Source: a virus | Taxonomy: Duplodnaviria; Caudoviricetes | IMG/VR virus record: IMGVR_UViG_3300035182_000325 | Span: 1-57,305 of that record | Strand: one strand, 5' to 3' | DNA length: 57,305 nt | Shown here: one piece after another, positions 54,514-57,305 of the stretch | Layout: every line of letters starts with the position of its first letter | Position numbering within the stretch: position 1 is the first letter of the stretch | Made by a program: the position numbers and the translations under genes | Notes under the pieces: generated by a model | What the model saw: the letters and a program-made list of their open reading frames with translations, nothing else | What the model was told of the DNA's origin: nothing | Database searches by the model: none

Positions 54514-55614
54514 TTATTCAACGAAGTCTTTAACATCGTCTGGTGAACAAGTCTTGGTAACCTTACCTTGTTTGATCGTAAGGAGGTTTTTCTTCTTGTC
54601 AAACTTGGTGATTTCCCATACCGAAAGCTTCTTCTCACCTTCAGGTTTAATCTTAGCAGATTGACCAATCCAAGTAGAAGGATCGTCTGCGTCAACTTCC
54701 TCTTCTTCCTCTTCATCGTCCTCTACGTCTTCGTATTCAGGTTCTTCTTTCTTGGACTTAGAAGGGGATGCAGTCTTCGTTGTAGCCTTTTTGGTTGCAA
54801 TAGTAGCAGACTTTGAAGAGGACTTTTTTGGTGGCTCCTCTTCCTCTTCCTCTTCTTCATCTTCGTCTTCTTCGTCGTCCTCATCTTCCTCTTCTTCCTC
54901 AGGCTCTGCTTTCTTCACAGTCTTCTTAGCAGCACCCTTCTTAGCTTTTGGAGCCTCTTCTTCTTCATCATCCGAATCGTCATCTTCTTCGGTGTCTTCA
55001 TCTTCTTCCTCATCCTCTTCATCCGAATCTACTTCCTCATCAGATTCAGGATCGTAGGAAGAATTAACACGAACTCCATACTTGACTACACCCTTACTCT
55101 TGCCAGATTTACCTTTGTAGCAATTGACGTAGATAACGCAGTATGGTTTCTCTTCGGAAAGGTCATCGGCCAAGTCACACAACTTGGACATATCCAGTTC
55201 TTCGCTGGTATCGTATCCGAGTTTCTGAAGCATGAAGATAACTTCCTTCAGAGACTTCTCTGTTCTCTCTTCATCGTCAGCATCGAACCAAATATCGGTT
55301 CCTACTGGAGTTCCTTTACCTTTGCCGGATTGAATCACAAAGCGGAATTTAAGAACTTCAGAATCATTGACCTTGACAAACTTAACACTGGTCAAGCGAG
55401 CCTTGGCTGTTTGGCCCGATCCTGGCTTAAGACCTAGAAGCTTGATAACTTCTTCATCCTTAACGAATCCGGCTGGAGCAGTTTCCTTACCAGTCCGTTT
55501 GATGGTCTTGTTGAACTTCGCGTACTTCTTGACCATATCCGATTTGGATACTTCTACCTGCTTGCCCTTAGCTGGAGCAGTCTTCTTAGCAGGTGCTTTC
55601 TTTGGTACAGCCAT
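54514..55614 (-). CDS. Putative ssDNA-binding protein with very long acidic/basic low-complexity region
   Basis: OB-like N-terminal half next to the Sak4-like ATPase; poly-E/D tracts; own promoter and terminator. Confidence 0.55.
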   Translation of the reverse strand: MAVPKKAPAKKTAPAKGKQVEVSKSDMVKKYAKFNKTIKRTGKETAPAGFVKDEEVIKLLGLKPGSGQTAKARLTSVKFVKVNDSEVLKFRFVIQSGKGKGTPVGTDIWFDADDEERTEKSLKEVIFMLQKLGYDTSEELDMSKLCDLADDLSEEKPYCVIYVNCYKGKSGKSKGVVKYGVRVNSSYDPESDEEVDSDEEDEEEDEDTEEDDDSDDEEEEAPKAKKGAAKKTVKKAEPEEEEEDEDDEEDEDEEEEEEEEPPKKSSSKSATIATKKATTKTASPSKSKKEEPEYEDVEDDEEEEEEVDADDPSTWIGQSAKIKPEGEKKLSVWEITKFDKKKNLLTIKQGKVTKTCSPDDVKDFVE

Positions 55615-55659
55615 AGATCAGATTTCCTTTAGTAGGGTCTAGGTAACAATCGTGTGAGT

Positions 55660-55688
55660 AATGTAAACTTAGAATCGTCTTCTGTCAA
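55660..55688 (-). promoter_or_regulatory. sigma70 promoter
   Basis: TTGACA-N17-TACATT. Confidence 0.7.
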
Positions 55689-55703
55689 TGCATTATAGAG
55701 AAA

Positions 55704-56660
55704 TTATACAGATTTTCTCTTAACTTTTTTCTTTCTAGTTGGGGCGGGCGTCTCTTCAGAATCGTCTTCAGGTGCTTCGGGAACTACTCCTCCTTCCCAA
55801 TGTTCAATTACTAATGAGAATGGTTCGTTTTCAAATGCGGCACGTACAGCTTGTCCAGCAGTTTCCTTACTTGGAATCTCCAGGGCTGCAATCATTTGAC
55901 CATCGGTATCAAGGAACCTATCATCATTCCCGCAAGCAGTCCAAATGTTATCCTCCCATCGGATGTGCATAGCTCGAAAACCTTTATGCTTCCCATAGAA
56001 GAAAGCAAAGTCACAAGCCTGCTTCACATACTCCGATGGTTTCTTAGCACAACTAGGGCTATAGACGGTATGCTTCTTTAAGTCTGCTTTGCTGGCAGAA
56101 TTAATCTCAAACCGATCTTCAGTACAGTGAGAGATAAGCACTAAGCACAGTCCTGAATGCTTACGAATCGATTCCATTACTGACCGGAACTCAGCAGAGA
56201 CTTCATTCCAAGTAGCTCCGTAATCATTCATATCGTTTGGATGAGAGATACCATTCTCTTTACAGATATGATTCATACAAGCTTGATAAGCTAGGTCCAC
56301 TGAATCAACTACGATAATATCGACGTTAGCATCAGGGTCCATTGCATTCTCAACCACACCCTTGAAATTAGCCCAAGGGTCCGGTTCTCCGTTCTCCATC
56401 TCTTCCACTGTCTTCGACGGGAACGCTTTCATACGAATCTTGGTATTGTACCGATCCTCGAACATACATACCAATGTCTTTTCAGACAGTTGTGAACAGA
56501 GGGTAGTTTTACCAATACCCTTCTGTCCGTAGATGATGTAGCAATAATCAGTGAACTCATTCGGAGGTTCGTTGTACTCTCCTACTGCTGGAATTGTGTT
56601 ATCATCCTCAGCAGGTTTACGTTTCTTCTTTTTATTCTTGATCTGTTTTGCTACAACCAT
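55704..56660 (-). CDS. Sak4-like/AAA_24 P-loop ATPase (recombination)
   Basis: IYGQKGIGKTT, IVVDSVD, VLISH; flanked by nuclease and SSB-like genes. Confidence 0.8.
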   Translation of the reverse strand: MVVAKQIKNKKKKRKPAEDDNTIPAVGEYNEPPNEFTDYCYIIYGQKGIGKTTLCSQLSEKTLVCMFEDRYNTKIRMKAFPSKTVEEMENGEPDPWANFKGVVENAMDPDANVDIIVVDSVDLAYQACMNHICKENGISHPNDMNDYGATWNEVSAEFRSVMESIRKHSGLCLVLISHCTEDRFEINSASKADLKKHTVYSPSCAKKPSEYVKQACDFAFFYGKHKGFRAMHIRWEDNIWTACGNDDRFLDTDGQMIAALEIPSKETAGQAVRAAFENEPFSLVIEHWEGGVVPEAPEDDSEETPAPTRKKKVKRKSV

Positions 56661-56718
56661 GTTAATCTTTCAAGTGGGGTTAAAGTGAAGTCCCTAGTAT
56701 CTTCTGGAGGGAGAGGAA

Positions 56719-56922
56719 CTATTGCTCGGGCTTGGGAATCGTTAGAGTCTTCGCCCCTTGAATTCCAAGGTAGGTTGCTACAATTGCTCCAAGAGTACTC
56801 CAGTCTTTAAGTTCCAATCCGTGGATGTAATTAAAATGAAGCATGAACATTAGCACCGCTGAGAGAACAGTAATGGTAATGATCTTCCAGATGATATGAT
56901 CGGATGGAGGCATGGTGAACAC
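56719..56922 (-). CDS. Small two-TM membrane protein
   Basis: Two hydrophobic segments. Confidence 0.5.
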   Translation of the reverse strand: MFTMPPSDHIIWKIITITVLSAVLMFMLHFNYIHGLELKDWSTLGAIVATYLGIQGAKTLTIPKPEQ

Positions 56923-56966
56923 CTTTCAAGAGAGTAAAAACAGAGGGGACGTATTGTAGCAGATCG

Positions 56967-57305
56967 TTATGGTTCTGCCAATTCGGGGAAAACATCGCAG
57001 TTAGGTTCTAGTCCTACGTCGATACCATTTACGACGCGATTGAAGTAGTCTCCTAGACCGTGAGACATTGGATCGTATATTCCGAACGGTCTTAGGTAAT
57101 GATGTGGATTTGGTTGACCGTCTACGCCTATCCACGGATCGAAAGGGTTTTGTTTTATTGACTCCCACCAAATGACGATCTGACAGAGCAGAGGGTAGAG
57201 GTATCGTTGCTCCCACATTTTGAGATGAGCATCATCGATTTGGACTTCAAACATTTTGAAGTAGTGTTCTGGCCTCTTTTCAATATCTCCTGCTACTCTC
57301 TCCAA
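56967..57305 (-). CDS. 3' part of the PD-(D/E)XK exonuclease that starts at 796
   Basis: In frame across the circular junction. Confidence 0.85.
   Translation of the reverse strand: MERVAGDIEKRPEHYFKMFEVQIDDAHLKMWEQRYLYPLLCQIVIWWESIKQNPFDPWIGVDGQPNPHHYLRPFGIYDPMSHGLGDYFNRVVNGIDVGLEPNCDVFPELAEP
57215..57305. repeat. 91-bp direct repeat of bases 1-91
   Basis: Identical sequence. Confidence 0.95.

Noticed and set aside
914-56081. Most plus-strand ORFs in the track (e.g. 914..1243, 31092..31604, 42680..43132, 54752..55057)
   Set aside because: Antisense shadows of real genes, Ser/Leu/Phe rich with no motifs. Only 29004..29654 and 39482..39895 are accepted.

Overview
The window is an apparently complete, circularly closing dsDNA tailed-phage genome of about 57,214 bp. 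Bases 1-91 are repeated at 57215-57305 and one nuclease gene spans the junction. Almost all genes are on the minus strand. It has a replication and nucleotide module (PolA, primase fused to an MCM-like AAA+ domain, UvrD-like helicase, ThyX, MazG-like and DUF5664 hydrolases, family-4 UDG, Sak4-like ATPase, PD-(D/E)XK nuclease). The virion module is Mu-like/lambda-like in scrambled order, with the portal far from the terminase and a -1 frameshifting tail chaperone. Other modules are a lysis-position cassette built around a papain-like protease, a tail-end cluster of glycosyltransferase-like, radical SAM and methyltransferase genes, and an early-gene block bounded by non-coding DNA. No integrase, transposase, complete tRNA or CRISPR array was seen. 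A Planctomycetota host is my inference. The most striking feature is a terminase intein whose homing endonuclease is a separate HNH gene on the opposite strand. It is nested entirely inside the intein coding sequence, with its own near-consensus sigma70 promoter and RBS written into the intein C-terminal splicing block. All calls are by-eye motif recognition; no searches were run.
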